Source: an uncultured bacterium (GTDB lineage: Bacteria; UBP7; UBA6624). Taken from it: a stretch of DNA of 64,000 bases. The notes beneath the pieces were generated by a model. The model made no database searches, had not been told where the DNA came from, and worked only from the letters and a program-made list of their open reading frames with translations. The stretch is from positions 15,612 to 79,611 of the forward strand of contig CAZFBE010000001.1 of NCBI GenBank assembly GCA_964517115.1, given 5' to 3'. Position numbers and translations under genes: made by a program. Shown piece after piece: positions 19,198 through 28,095 of the stretch. Numbering within the stretch: the stretch's first letter is position 1; the number at the start of each line of letters is the position of its first letter.

Positions 19198-20589
19198 ATG
19201 AACAACCAATCACACCTAATCAAGCTCGGATTTTTCGTATTTTTAACGATTTCAATTTTGATAGTGTTGGTTTTTTGGTTTAGCTGGAACACCGTTGAAT
19301 CTAGAAAAGGCTTAGAGGTTAATGTAAGGTTTAGGAATGTAAAAGGACTTGTGAGAGGGGCTGACGTCAGACAAAATGGTGTCAGGGTCGGAACGGTAAA
19401 TAGTGTTTACAGTGACCCAGGTGCTGGAGGAGCAATGGTTGTTTTGGGCTTGTATAGAGGTATACAAGTTCCAAATAGAAGTTATTACACAGTTAACACG
19501 GGAAGTCTTCTTGGAGATGCATCTTTGGATATTTACACATGTTCCCTAAAGGGAAAAGATGATCCTCAAGAATTAACGGGTGATGAAGATTCTGGCTGTA
19601 ATGAAAATGTCCCAGAAGGATTCCTGCAAGATAAAGCAACTGCTGTTGGCATATACGAAGCTACACCAAATTTAGATGATGCGGTAAAAGAATTAGAAGG
19701 CGTGATAAAGCAACTAAGAACGACAACCTTGTTAGGGGTTAACAGAATACTCGAAGAAATGAGTATAACTATGGAGGATATTGGGCCAAAACTAAGCTCA
19801 ACAATAGGGAATGTAGACACGATGACCAAGGAGTTAAGGGACTCTGTTAAAGAGATAACCGCCAAGACAGATGGGGTAGTTTCAAACCTAAATGAAACAA
19901 CATCAAACATAAAAGAATCTACCAGGAAGATGCCTGAGCAACTAAATTCAATACTTGAAAAAACTGATGAAACTGTCTCCTCTTTAAAAAATGAAATTGA
20001 TAATTTAGAAATAGACTCAAGGCTAGATGGTCTCGAAAAAGAATTAAAAGAAATCTTGGATGACATCGAAGGAATGACATCATCACTTTCTGAAGAATCT
20101 TTTTTACAGGACATAAAAAACACAACTGAAAACATAAACAAGACAGCGGAATCTATAAATTCAACATTCACAAACATAAACGAACTTGAAAGATCTTCCA
20201 ATATAGGACTTTTCTACCTAAAGAATGAAAATCAATCAACAGAAAAACTTACAAGTGAGGTCAGGTTTACATTTTTCAAAGAGAGTTGGTATATAGGATT
20301 AAACCATGAATGGTGGGAGAGTTCCGATACAAGCTTTTTTGCAGGTTTGAGAAATGAAAATATAAATTTTGGTGCTGGAACCTTCAGAGGCAATACTGCC
20401 GCAGAATTTTCTACTGAGGGTAAAAAAATAAACTTTCAAAGTGTGGTTTGGTGGCCAGAAGATTTAGATTTAAACTTAAAAATAAAATTAGGGATACCCA
20501 TTTCAGAAAAAACCAATATTGTCTTAGGTTTTGAAAAAATACAAAACTCTGAAGAAAATATTTTTACAGGATTCCAGCATAATTTTTAG
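19198..20589 (+). CDS. mlaD: MlaD/MCE-domain protein with long helical extension and beta-rich C-terminal domain
   Basis: N-terminal TM, then an MCE domain (about residues 36-115: VRFRNVKGLVRGADVRQNGVRVGTV). Residues ~158-332 are a low-complexity E/K/T/N/L helical region. Residues ~336-463 are aromatic and beta-like, ending ...IFTGFQHNF. Confidence 0.8.
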   Translation: MNNQSHLIKLGFFVFLTISILIVLVFWFSWNTVESRKGLEVNVRFRNVKGLVRGADVRQNGVRVGTVNSVYSDPGAGGAMVVLGLYRGIQVPNRSYYTVNTGSLLGDASLDIYTCSLKGKDDPQELTGDEDSGCNENVPEGFLQDKATAVGIYEATPNLDDAVKELEGVIKQLRTTTLLGVNRILEEMSITMEDIGPKLSSTIGNVDTMTKELRDSVKEITAKTDGVVSNLNETTSNIKESTRKMPEQLNSILEKTDETVSSLKNEIDNLEIDSRLDGLEKELKEILDDIEGMTSSLSEESFLQDIKNTTENINKTAESINSTFTNINELERSSNIGLFYLKNENQSTEKLTSEVRFTFFKESWYIGLNHEWWESSDTSFFAGLRNENINFGAGTFRGNTAAEFSTEGKKINFQSVVWWPEDLDLNLKIKLGIPISEKTNIVLGFEKIQNSEENIFTGFQHNF

Positions 20590-20591
20590 TT

Positions 20592-21332
20592 ATGGCAGGG
20601 CATAGTAAATGGGCAAATATACAACATAGAAAAGCTGCAGTAGATGCAAAAAGAGGCAAAGCTTTCGCCAAGGTTTCAAGAGAGATAATGGTTGCTGTAA
20701 AAGAAGGAGGGTCAGATCCTAATTTCAACTTCTCTTTAAGATCTGCTGTCGAAAGAGCAAAAGAATTAAATTTCCCAAAAGAAAAAATAAAATCATCCAT
20801 AAAAGCTGCTCAAAATTCTGATTCAAATTCGTTTGAAAAAATAATCTACGAAGCTTATGCTCCTGGTGGAATTGGCATACTTATAGAGATAATGACTGAT
20901 AACAAAAATAGAGCAGCAGCAGAGGTTAGAACAGTCCTAAACAAGAAAGGAGGGACCTTGGCAAGTTCTGGAGCAGTTTCTTACCTTTTTAAAAAATGCG
21001 GCATAGTAAAAATCTTTAAAAAAATGCAGGAAGAAGAAATTTTAGAGATACTTATTGATTCTGGAATTGAGGATTATCTTGAAGTTGAAACATTTGAAAA
21101 CGAAACGATTGTCACTGTTCCTCTTAATCTAACGTCGGAAACAAGCGATGCACTGCAAAAGGGGACGGGCGAAAAAACAACGACAAGAATAATCTTCCAC
21201 GCAGGAAGTTTGATTGAGAATCAAGAAAAGCAAAATTCAATAATTGAGCTATTGGAGCAATTGGAAGATCTTGAAGACGTAAATTGCGTTTGGACAAATT
21301 TAAACATAGATGAGAGCGTACTTCAGCAATGA
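20592..21332 (+). CDS. yebC: YebC/PmpR-family DNA-binding transcriptional regulator
   Basis: Canonical N-terminus MAGHSKWANIQHRKAAVDAKRGK; 246 aa. Confidence 0.9.
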   Translation: MAGHSKWANIQHRKAAVDAKRGKAFAKVSREIMVAVKEGGSDPNFNFSLRSAVERAKELNFPKEKIKSSIKAAQNSDSNSFEKIIYEAYAPGGIGILIEIMTDNKNRAAAEVRTVLNKKGGTLASSGAVSYLFKKCGIVKIFKKMQEEEILEILIDSGIEDYLEVETFENETIVTVPLNLTSETSDALQKGTGEKTTTRIIFHAGSLIENQEKQNSIIELLEQLEDLEDVNCVWTNLNIDESVLQQ

Positions 21333-21781
21333 TAATAAAGTTCACCATCCCAGGAAAACCTGTGCCACAAGGCAGGCCAAGATTTTACAGAAGAGGCAAA
21401 TTTGTTGCAGCCGTAGACCCTAAAGGAAGCAGGTCTTATAAAGCGGATATTAGCCATATGGCAAAGATTGAAAAAATAAAACTTGGATTTGGAGAAAATG
21501 AACTTTGCATGGCTAGTGGACCAGTACGTTTAACAATTCATGCCTTTTTTCCATGTCCAAAAAGCCAATACAGGAAAAAAAACCCAAGACCTGAAAGGCA
21601 TCATGCAAAAAGACCCGATGCTGATAATGTTGGAAAATCAATTAAAGATGGTCTGAGTGGTGTTATATACAATGATGACGGACAAGTTTCAGAGCTAATT
21701 GTAAAAAAGATAATAGCAGCACAAGGTGAAGCACCCAGGGTAGAGGTGGAGGTTTGCCTGCTTGAAGAAATGGAAAAATGA
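21329..21781 (+). CDS. rusA: RusA-family crossover junction endodeoxyribonuclease (Holliday junction resolvase)
   Basis: IPGKPVPQGRPRF N-terminus and the RPDADNVGKSIKDGLSGVIYNDDGQV catalytic-Asp block typical of RusA; ATGA overlap with yebC. Confidence 0.75.
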   Translation: MIIKFTIPGKPVPQGRPRFYRRGKFVAAVDPKGSRSYKADISHMAKIEKIKLGFGENELCMASGPVRLTIHAFFPCPKSQYRKKNPRPERHHAKRPDADNVGKSIKDGLSGVIYNDDGQVSELIVKKIIAAQGEAPRVEVEVCLLEEMEK

Positions 21782-22002
21782 CTGCTTCAAAAGCAATTTT
21801 ATTTTTAGGAATTTTTGTTATCCTTCTTTCTTTCATAGTATATATTTTTGAAATTGCAGGATTACAAATTTTCAAACTTCCAGGAGATGTTTTTTTAAAA
21901 AATAAGAATTGGAATTTTTACATGCCAATAACATCAATGATACTTATATCTTTAATCCTCACATTTTTGTATAGACTTGGTATTGGAAACTTTACAAAAT
22001 AA
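21778..22002 (+). CDS. DUF2905-family small membrane protein
   Basis: 74 aa, two TM segments flanking a KLPGDVF...FYMPITS pattern characteristic of DUF2905. Confidence 0.6.
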   Translation: MTASKAILFLGIFVILLSFIVYIFEIAGLQIFKLPGDVFLKNKNWNFYMPITSMILISLILTFLYRLGIGNFTK

Positions 22003-22020
22003 TTTTACAATTAGAAAATA

Positions 22021-22773
22021 ATGATAGAAATAAAAAACGTATGCATGTCTTATGGAGATAATAACGTATTAAGAAATATCTCTTTAGACGTAAAGCCAAA
22101 AATGATTCACGGATACCTGGGGCCAAACGGTGCTGGGAAATCTACAACAATAAAATTACTTCTTGGGTTATTAAAACCTGATTCAGGAGAAATAAAAATT
22201 AATGGGCTAAATCCCTACAAAAATCCGATTGAAGCAAGAAGGCTGATTGGGTTTGTTCCTGAAGAATTAACGATATATGAACACTTAACACCCCATGAAT
22301 TTCTCCATGTGATTGGGGAAATTCACGGGATGTCAAGAAATGAAGTTCAAAGCAAGATCGATGATCTTTTAGACCTTTTCCAACTTGGACATGTTATACA
22401 TGAAAAAATGTCATCATTTTCAAGAGGAATGAAACAAAAAATAATGATATCTTCCTCAGTGTTGCATAATCCCGAAATACTTCTTCTAGATGAACCTTTA
22501 TCAGGAATGGATGTAAATGCTGTTCTTGTTTTCAGGGACCTTATTCAAGATTTTTCAAAACAAGGAAAAACAATCATTTATTCAAGCCACATAGTTGAGG
22601 TTGTTGAAAGGGTTTGCGATAAAGTCACAATACTTATTGATGGGCAAATAAAACACAATTTAGACAAAAAAGAGATTAATGAAAACCCTGGAAATCTCGA
22701 AAAACTCTTCAGGAAAGAAGCTCAAGAAAAAAGCTATTTTGATCTTTCTCAAGAAATAATTGAAAGACTTTGA
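22021..22773 (+). CDS. ABC transporter ATP-binding protein
   Basis: Walker A GPNGAGKST, signature-like FSRGMKQK, Walker B LLLDEPLSGMD. Confidence 0.85.
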   Translation: MIEIKNVCMSYGDNNVLRNISLDVKPKMIHGYLGPNGAGKSTTIKLLLGLLKPDSGEIKINGLNPYKNPIEARRLIGFVPEELTIYEHLTPHEFLHVIGEIHGMSRNEVQSKIDDLLDLFQLGHVIHEKMSSFSRGMKQKIMISSSVLHNPEILLLDEPLSGMDVNAVLVFRDLIQDFSKQGKTIIYSSHIVEVVERVCDKVTILIDGQIKHNLDKKEINENPGNLEKLFRKEAQEKSYFDLSQEIIERL

Positions 22774-24428
22774 ACAAAAGGTCAGCATTCAATGCTCTCT
22801 TAAGAATGGAATTGATTTCATTTAGGAGAGGAATTTCTATAAAAATTGGCGGCACCTTAGGAAAAATTCTTGAATCTAAAATTGCTGAAAACATAGGTTT
22901 TTTAATTCCACTTGTTGGCCTTGCTTCTATAGGTTATGTTTTTTCTGTTCTTTGGCAATATGGATCTTTGTTAACTACAAATTTTGTTTCACTTTCATTG
23001 CTTTTTTTTATACTTTTAGGCTTCACTTCCTTGAATATGGGGCACTTGATCCTTTCTCATCAAGGAAACCTGCTTTTAAGATCTCTTCCTTTGTCTCCTT
23101 CAGATTTTGCGAAAGCAAAACTTTTTGTTCTTTTTATATTCGGAACAATCTGGTCAATATTCTTTAATCTTCCATCAACAATATTCCTAAGAATGAAGCC
23201 TTATTTGAGTTCTGGGTTTAATTTTGAGGCAATTCTAGGAATAACAACTTCTTTTATAGGTCTTATTTTGGTCTCTGTGTTTTTTACAGCATTTACACAA
23301 TCTTTCACAATACTGTTTTATTCAATATTGTGGAGGATAAAGATTCTGAGACCTCACCTTTCCTGGGCAACCAGCCTAACAATGGTTTCTGTATTAGGCT
23401 GGTTTGTTGTTTGGTCAAGCACAGGGCATACAAAGTCCCTAGCATTGCATTTAAACCTTTCATCTGGATCTAGCATATGGTATCTACCACCTGCATGGTT
23501 CTCAATGATGTTTGAGTTTATGAATGGAGCATATCTTACAGAATATGCGAAAGCAACAGGGATTGCAATCCTTGTATCAATTCTCTTCACACTGCCTACA
23601 CTTAAATCTTTTGATTTTTTGTTGAGTAAGGAAATTGCCAAAAGAAAAATAAAAAAATATTCAATTGCAAGGTTGTGGCCAAAATTCTTAGGTAAAAAAG
23701 GTGCAATTATTCATTTGCTCTTCAGGCATTTGCAGTGGGAGGAAAGGCTAAAACAAAACATACCTCCACTGTATGTTTTATTAGCAATTCCCTTTTTAAT
23801 AGCATGGTTTAGGCCAGGGGAGATGTCTCATATCATAAGTCCAGAAAATCAAGTTACCTGGGGAAGGAGGCTCATGATTGGATTCTCCGCATTAATGCCA
23901 GCGATTGGGATACTTGGATCCACAAGTTTTGTGCACCAGTTTAGATATGCCAAGCATGGTGATGGTGGACTCAGATTTCTTTCACTTCCAATAGATCCTC
24001 TTTTTATTCACAGATGTACATTATTCTTAACATGGCTTATTTACCTTGGACCAATCACAATCTTTTACGGCCTGACTGTTCATTTTCTTTTTCATGGAGT
24101 AGGGGCTGATGGTGCTCTTGTCAAGTACACAATAATGATGGTTCTTTCCCTTGTTTTAGACTGTCTTCTTGCTATAAAACTTGATACCATACTCAACCCA
24201 GCCCTTCCATTGTCAAAAAAACTAGATTCTGCTGACAATTATCCAGCCTGGATATCAATATTTTTACCTGCTGTAGGGTTAGGGCTGCTATCGGGATCAA
24301 CTTACAAACTAATGACAGAAAGTGATGCTTATTTTGTTCCATTGGCAATAGGCCTAAATCTTCTGAAACTCATAATCCTTTTTATTCTTACTCCGATTGA
24401 AAGAAAAAGACTTCTCAGCTTGAGATAG
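22770..24428 (+). CDS. large polytopic membrane protein, putative ABC-exporter permease partner
   Basis: 552 aa with many hydrophobic segments; TTG start overlaps the ATPase stop (translational coupling). No specific family motif recognised. Confidence 0.55.
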   Translation: MNKRSAFNALLRMELISFRRGISIKIGGTLGKILESKIAENIGFLIPLVGLASIGYVFSVLWQYGSLLTTNFVSLSLLFFILLGFTSLNMGHLILSHQGNLLLRSLPLSPSDFAKAKLFVLFIFGTIWSIFFNLPSTIFLRMKPYLSSGFNFEAILGITTSFIGLILVSVFFTAFTQSFTILFYSILWRIKILRPHLSWATSLTMVSVLGWFVVWSSTGHTKSLALHLNLSSGSSIWYLPPAWFSMMFEFMNGAYLTEYAKATGIAILVSILFTLPTLKSFDFLLSKEIAKRKIKKYSIARLWPKFLGKKGAIIHLLFRHLQWEERLKQNIPPLYVLLAIPFLIAWFRPGEMSHIISPENQVTWGRRLMIGFSALMPAIGILGSTSFVHQFRYAKHGDGGLRFLSLPIDPLFIHRCTLFLTWLIYLGPITIFYGLTVHFLFHGVGADGALVKYTIMMVLSLVLDCLLAIKLDTILNPALPLSKKLDSADNYPAWISIFLPAVGLGLLSGSTYKLMTESDAYFVPLAIGLNLLKLIILFILTPIERKRLLSLR

Positions 24429-25203
24429 TTGTTTTTATTTTTAAAATTTCACCCAATATTGAAATCGATATCTCTGAGGGATTTTTTGCGCTTATTTTCA
24501 AACCAATTGGCGCATAAACTTTTCTTAGGCTTTCTTGGTCAACACCCTCAGACTGAAGTTCTTTCCACATTTTTTTAACTTTTGTTTGGCTTCCAAGCAT
24601 TCCCAAATAAGCATAATTTTTACAAATATAGTTTTTTATTAAAATTTTATCTGTTCCATGACATCGTGTTAAAACAACCAAAAAAGAATCTTTGTCGGGT
24701 TCTGGAATGCCCTTTACCCATTTTTCATCCGTATGAATTAATTTTAAATTTTCATATTGAGAAAACAAATCTTCGTCAAGAAACTCTTTTCTATCATCTA
24801 TCAAAAAAACATTGAAAATATCAAGCTGTGAAGAAATGACTGCCAGCTTGCCCCCTACATGACCTGCACCAAAAATAAACAACTTTGGAGGAGGTTTCAA
24901 AACTTCAATTAGCACAACTGCCTCTCCTGAACAATACATCCCTAACTCTTTAATGTTGAGTTTGTACTTCTTTTGGATAATTACCTTTTCAGAATGAATT
25001 AAACTGAGCGCATCTTCAATAACCTCAGCTTCAAAAGGGCCTCCTCCGATTGTGAACTCAATGCTTTTGTTCCTTTTGACTATCATGGAGGTTCCTGGAT
25101 TTTGTGGCGCATGTCCATTAACAAGTATCAATTTTGCAACAGCAAAAACCTCCCCTCTTTCCAAAAGAGAGACTATTCTTTTTCTAAATTTGAAATTATG
25201 CAT
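24415..25203 (-). CDS. xdhC: XdhC/CoxI-family molybdoenzyme maturation factor
   Basis: N-terminal XdhC_CoxI-like region plus Rossmann-like LFIFGAGHVGGKLA; divergent from the Mo-enzyme genes. Confidence 0.8.
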   Translation of the reverse strand: MHNFKFRKRIVSLLERGEVFAVAKLILVNGHAPQNPGTSMIVKRNKSIEFTIGGGPFEAEVIEDALSLIHSEKVIIQKKYKLNIKELGMYCSGEAVVLIEVLKPPPKLFIFGAGHVGGKLAVISSQLDIFNVFLIDDRKEFLDEDLFSQYENLKLIHTDEKWVKGIPEPDKDSFLVVLTRCHGTDKILIKNYICKNYAYLGMLGSQTKVKKMWKELQSEGVDQESLRKVYAPIGLKISAKNPSEISISILGEILKIKTTISS

Positions 25204-25235
25204 ATTTCTTAATAATAGTAATAAAATTCAATCTT

Positions 25236-25745
25236 ATGACATTAATTCCATTTCCAAATAAAAAATTAACAAAAAAAATTATTAAACTAGACATAAATGA
25301 GAACATTTATGAATTAGCAATAAATCCAAACGATTTGCTCTTAGACGTCATTAGGTACAAATTAAACCTAACCGGAACAAAAAGAGGTTGTGATATGGGC
25401 ACATGTGGCTGTTGTACAGTTTTGCTAGATGGAGAACCGGTTTTGTCATGCCTAACACTTGCAATTCAAGCAATAGGGAAAAAAATAAAAACCATTGAGT
25501 CCCTACAAGAAAATGAAAATATGCACCCTATACAAGAATGCTTTCATACTGAAGGAGGTAGCCAATGTGGATTTTGCACTCCTGGATTCATAATGACAAG
25601 CTTCGCTCTCCTGAAAAAAAACAAAAATCCTACAGATGAAGAAATTAAACAAGAAATTTCAGGAAACATGTGCAGATGCACGGGATATATAAAAATTATT
25701 AAATCTATAAAAAAAGCTGCTAAAAAAATGAGGAATTCCGATTAA
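25236..25745 (+). CDS. (2Fe-2S)-binding small subunit of a xanthine-oxidase-family molybdoenzyme
   Basis: Plant-type cluster GCDMGTCGCCTV...SC and second cluster CGFCTPG...CRCTGY; 169 aa. Confidence 0.9.
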   Translation: MTLIPFPNKKLTKKIIKLDINENIYELAINPNDLLLDVIRYKLNLTGTKRGCDMGTCGCCTVLLDGEPVLSCLTLAIQAIGKKIKTIESLQENENMHPIQECFHTEGGSQCGFCTPGFIMTSFALLKKNKNPTDEEIKQEISGNMCRCTGYIKIIKSIKKAAKKMRNSD

Positions 25746-28095
25746 GAACAACCATACTGTTGGAAAAAGAACCCCCCTTGTTGATGGTGCTGCAAAAGTA
25801 ACAGGACAAGCAACTTACGTTGATGATATCGTTTTGCCAGGACAGCTTGTTGGAAAAATACTGAGAAGCCCCTTTGCCCATGCAAAGATTAAAAAAATAA
25901 ACTACTCTAAAGCAAAAGCTCTAAAAGGAGTTTTTGCTGTAGCGACATCAAAAGATTCAAAGGAAAGGTTTGGGGTTCTCCCTATAACAAAAGATGAAAC
26001 TGCTTTTGCTATTGAAAAAGTAACATTCATTGGCGATCAAGTTGCTGCAGTAGCAGCGATAGATGAAGAAACTGCAATAAGAGCTCTTGACTTAATAGAT
26101 GTTGAATACGAAGAGCTTCCTGCAATTTTAAAACCTGAAAAATCTCTAGAGCCTATAAGCAATATTGATCAAAAAATACAGCCATGGTCAAAATACGAAG
26201 GGAACATATTCAAAACAGTCAATCAAAATTTTGGAAATGTTGAAAAAGCTGTCAAAGAGTCTCCGATAGTCAAAAAAGGGAAGTTTTCTTTCAATGGGGT
26301 AACTCATGCTTTCACAGAACCAATGGGAGTCATTGCAAGCTATGGATCAGACAAAAGGCTAACTGTGTGGAGTGCAACTCAAGTTCCTCACTATCTTCAC
26401 AGATCCCTTTCTGAAGTTATGAAAATGCCAATGCATAAGATAAAAGTAATAAGGCCTTATGTTGGGGGAGGTTTTGGAGGGAAAAGTGACCCTTTTCCTC
26501 ATGAAATGGCAGCAGCAATATTGTCAAAAAAGACAGGAAAGCCTGTAAAAATATTATTTGATCGTGATGAGGTTTTTATCAGTAATCATGGAAGGCATCC
26601 AACAAAAACAGAAATGCAAATTTCAGCAAACAAAGATGGAGAATTTACTTCTTTGGAAATTGATGCTCTGATAGATGGCGGAGCATGGGGAAGCTTTGGG
26701 GTTATAACAACTTACTACAATGGTGTTTTAAGCCTGGGGCCATACAAGATAAAAAACTTTGACTATAGTGGAAAAAGAGTTTATACAAACAAACCAGCTT
26801 CCGGTGCAATGAGAGGACATGGAGCTGTCAACTCTAGATTTGCAATAGAAACACTAATAGACGAAGTTGCTGAAGAGGCAAAAATAGACCCGTGTGAAAT
26901 ACGTTTAAAAAATGCTTACGAAGCAAATTCAATAACAGCAAATGGGTTCCGTATAACTTCCTGCGGGATAAAAGAATGCATAGAAAAAGTCAAAAATGCT
27001 TCCGGTTGGGATAAAAAATTCAAAAAAATGCCTTATGGAAAAGGAATAGGAATAGGTTGCGGTTTTTATATATCAGGAAGCGCTCTTCCTATAAATTGGG
27101 AAAGAATGCCTCAGTCAACTGTTCATGTAAAAATTGATTTTGATGGAGGCATTACAGTTCACTCCCTAGCTGCAGAAATAGGGCAAGGTTCTGACACAAT
27201 GTTGGCACAATGCGTAGGAGAGGTTTTGAAGTGTGACATGTCAAGAATTCGAATTTATTCAAGGAATACAGATACTGCACCAATAGATTTAGGTTCATAT
27301 TCTTCAAGAGTAACTTTTATGGCTGGCTTAGCTGCAAAAAGAGCAGCACAAGATTTAAAAAATCAAATACTAGCTGCTGCCTCAAGAATAATGGGGATCA
27401 AAGAAACGAGCTTGATTATGGAGAATGACAAAATTTTTGATTTTAAAAATAACAATTCGATATCTATAATCGAAGCGATAAGAGAAGCTCTTCATGACTC
27501 TGGAGCGCTCCATGGAAAAGGGCATTACCAAGCTCCAAATTTAAATCCAGATTTGCCAAGAGTAAATGAGCTAAGAGGAAAAGAATCGGAAAAAGGAATG
27601 CCAATGGGAGGGTCCCATAAAGGTGCTGCTGCAGGGCTTTCTCCCTCTTACTCAATGAATGCTTATGTCTGTGAACTTGAGGTAGACCCTGAAACAGGCT
27701 TAGTAAAAGTTGAAAAAGTGTGGGCAGCACACGATTGCGGAAAAGCCCTGAATCCCCTTTCTGTGGAAGGTCAAATTGAGGGCTGTATTCATATGGGATT
27801 AGGGCAAGCCCTGATGGAATCTTTTGACTACAACAGAGGTACTGGAAGGATTGAAAATAGTAATCTCTTAGACTACAGATGCATACCCCCAACAATGATG
27901 CCAGATGTTGATGTTTTTATAGTTGAATCTGAAGATCCCGAAGGTCCATTTGGTGCAAAAGAAGCAGGGGAAGGGCCAATACTTCCAATACTTCCAGCAG
28001 TTGCAAATGCAATTTATGATGCTGTTGGTGTCAGGTTGAGAAACCTGCCTATGACCCCTGAAAAAATAATATCAGCCTTAGGTAAGAAAAAATGA
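25741..28095 (+). CDS. molybdopterin-binding large subunit of a xanthine-oxidase-family molybdoenzyme (probable ATT start)
   Basis: GGGFGGK motif. The conserved N-terminal block VGKRTPLVDGAAKVTGQATYVDDI is encoded at 25759-25830, upstream of the first canonical start (TTG 25834). An in-frame TGA lies at 25729. ATT at 25741 is preceded by GAGGA with a 6-nt spacer. The start coordinate is uncertain. Confidence 0.8.
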   Translation: MKNNHTVGKRTPLVDGAAKVTGQATYVDDIVLPGQLVGKILRSPFAHAKIKKINYSKAKALKGVFAVATSKDSKERFGVLPITKDETAFAIEKVTFIGDQVAAVAAIDEETAIRALDLIDVEYEELPAILKPEKSLEPISNIDQKIQPWSKYEGNIFKTVNQNFGNVEKAVKESPIVKKGKFSFNGVTHAFTEPMGVIASYGSDKRLTVWSATQVPHYLHRSLSEVMKMPMHKIKVIRPYVGGGFGGKSDPFPHEMAAAILSKKTGKPVKILFDRDEVFISNHGRHPTKTEMQISANKDGEFTSLEIDALIDGGAWGSFGVITTYYNGVLSLGPYKIKNFDYSGKRVYTNKPASGAMRGHGAVNSRFAIETLIDEVAEEAKIDPCEIRLKNAYEANSITANGFRITSCGIKECIEKVKNASGWDKKFKKMPYGKGIGIGCGFYISGSALPINWERMPQSTVHVKIDFDGGITVHSLAAEIGQGSDTMLAQCVGEVLKCDMSRIRIYSRNTDTAPIDLGSYSSRVTFMAGLAAKRAAQDLKNQILAAASRIMGIKETSLIMENDKIFDFKNNNSISIIEAIREALHDSGALHGKGHYQAPNLNPDLPRVNELRGKESEKGMPMGGSHKGAAAGLSPSYSMNAYVCELEVDPETGLVKVEKVWAAHDCGKALNPLSVEGQIEGCIHMGLGQALMESFDYNRGTGRIENSNLLDYRCIPPTMMPDVDVFIVESEDPEGPFGAKEAGEGPILPILPAVANAIYDAVGVRLRNLPMTPEKIISALGKKK

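Noticed and set aside
19566-20201. A 211-aa ORF antisense to the mlaD-like gene, unusually long for an AT-rich genome.
   Set aside because: In this antisense phase, a stop requires a sense Tyr codon after a T/C-ending codon, or a His/Gln codon after a T-ending codon. That context is nearly absent in the E/K/T/N/L-rich coiled-coil region. The product is Ser/Phe-rich low-complexity sequence, with no start context. It is a compositional artefact.
21329-21781. RusA as the marker of a prophage or mobile island.
   Set aside because: No integrase, terminase, capsid or repressor genes, att-like repeats or tRNA flank it. It is translationally coupled to yebC and followed by ordinary membrane and ABC genes.
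25729-25760. A programmed +1 frameshift at GAT-TAA-G fusing the 2Fe-2S and Mo subunits.
   Set aside because: It is possible in principle, because the +1 frame after GAT reads AAG AAC.... However, an independent ATT start with a GAGGA element 6 nt upstream is more parsimonious. Separate S and L subunits are also the norm in bacterial members of the family.
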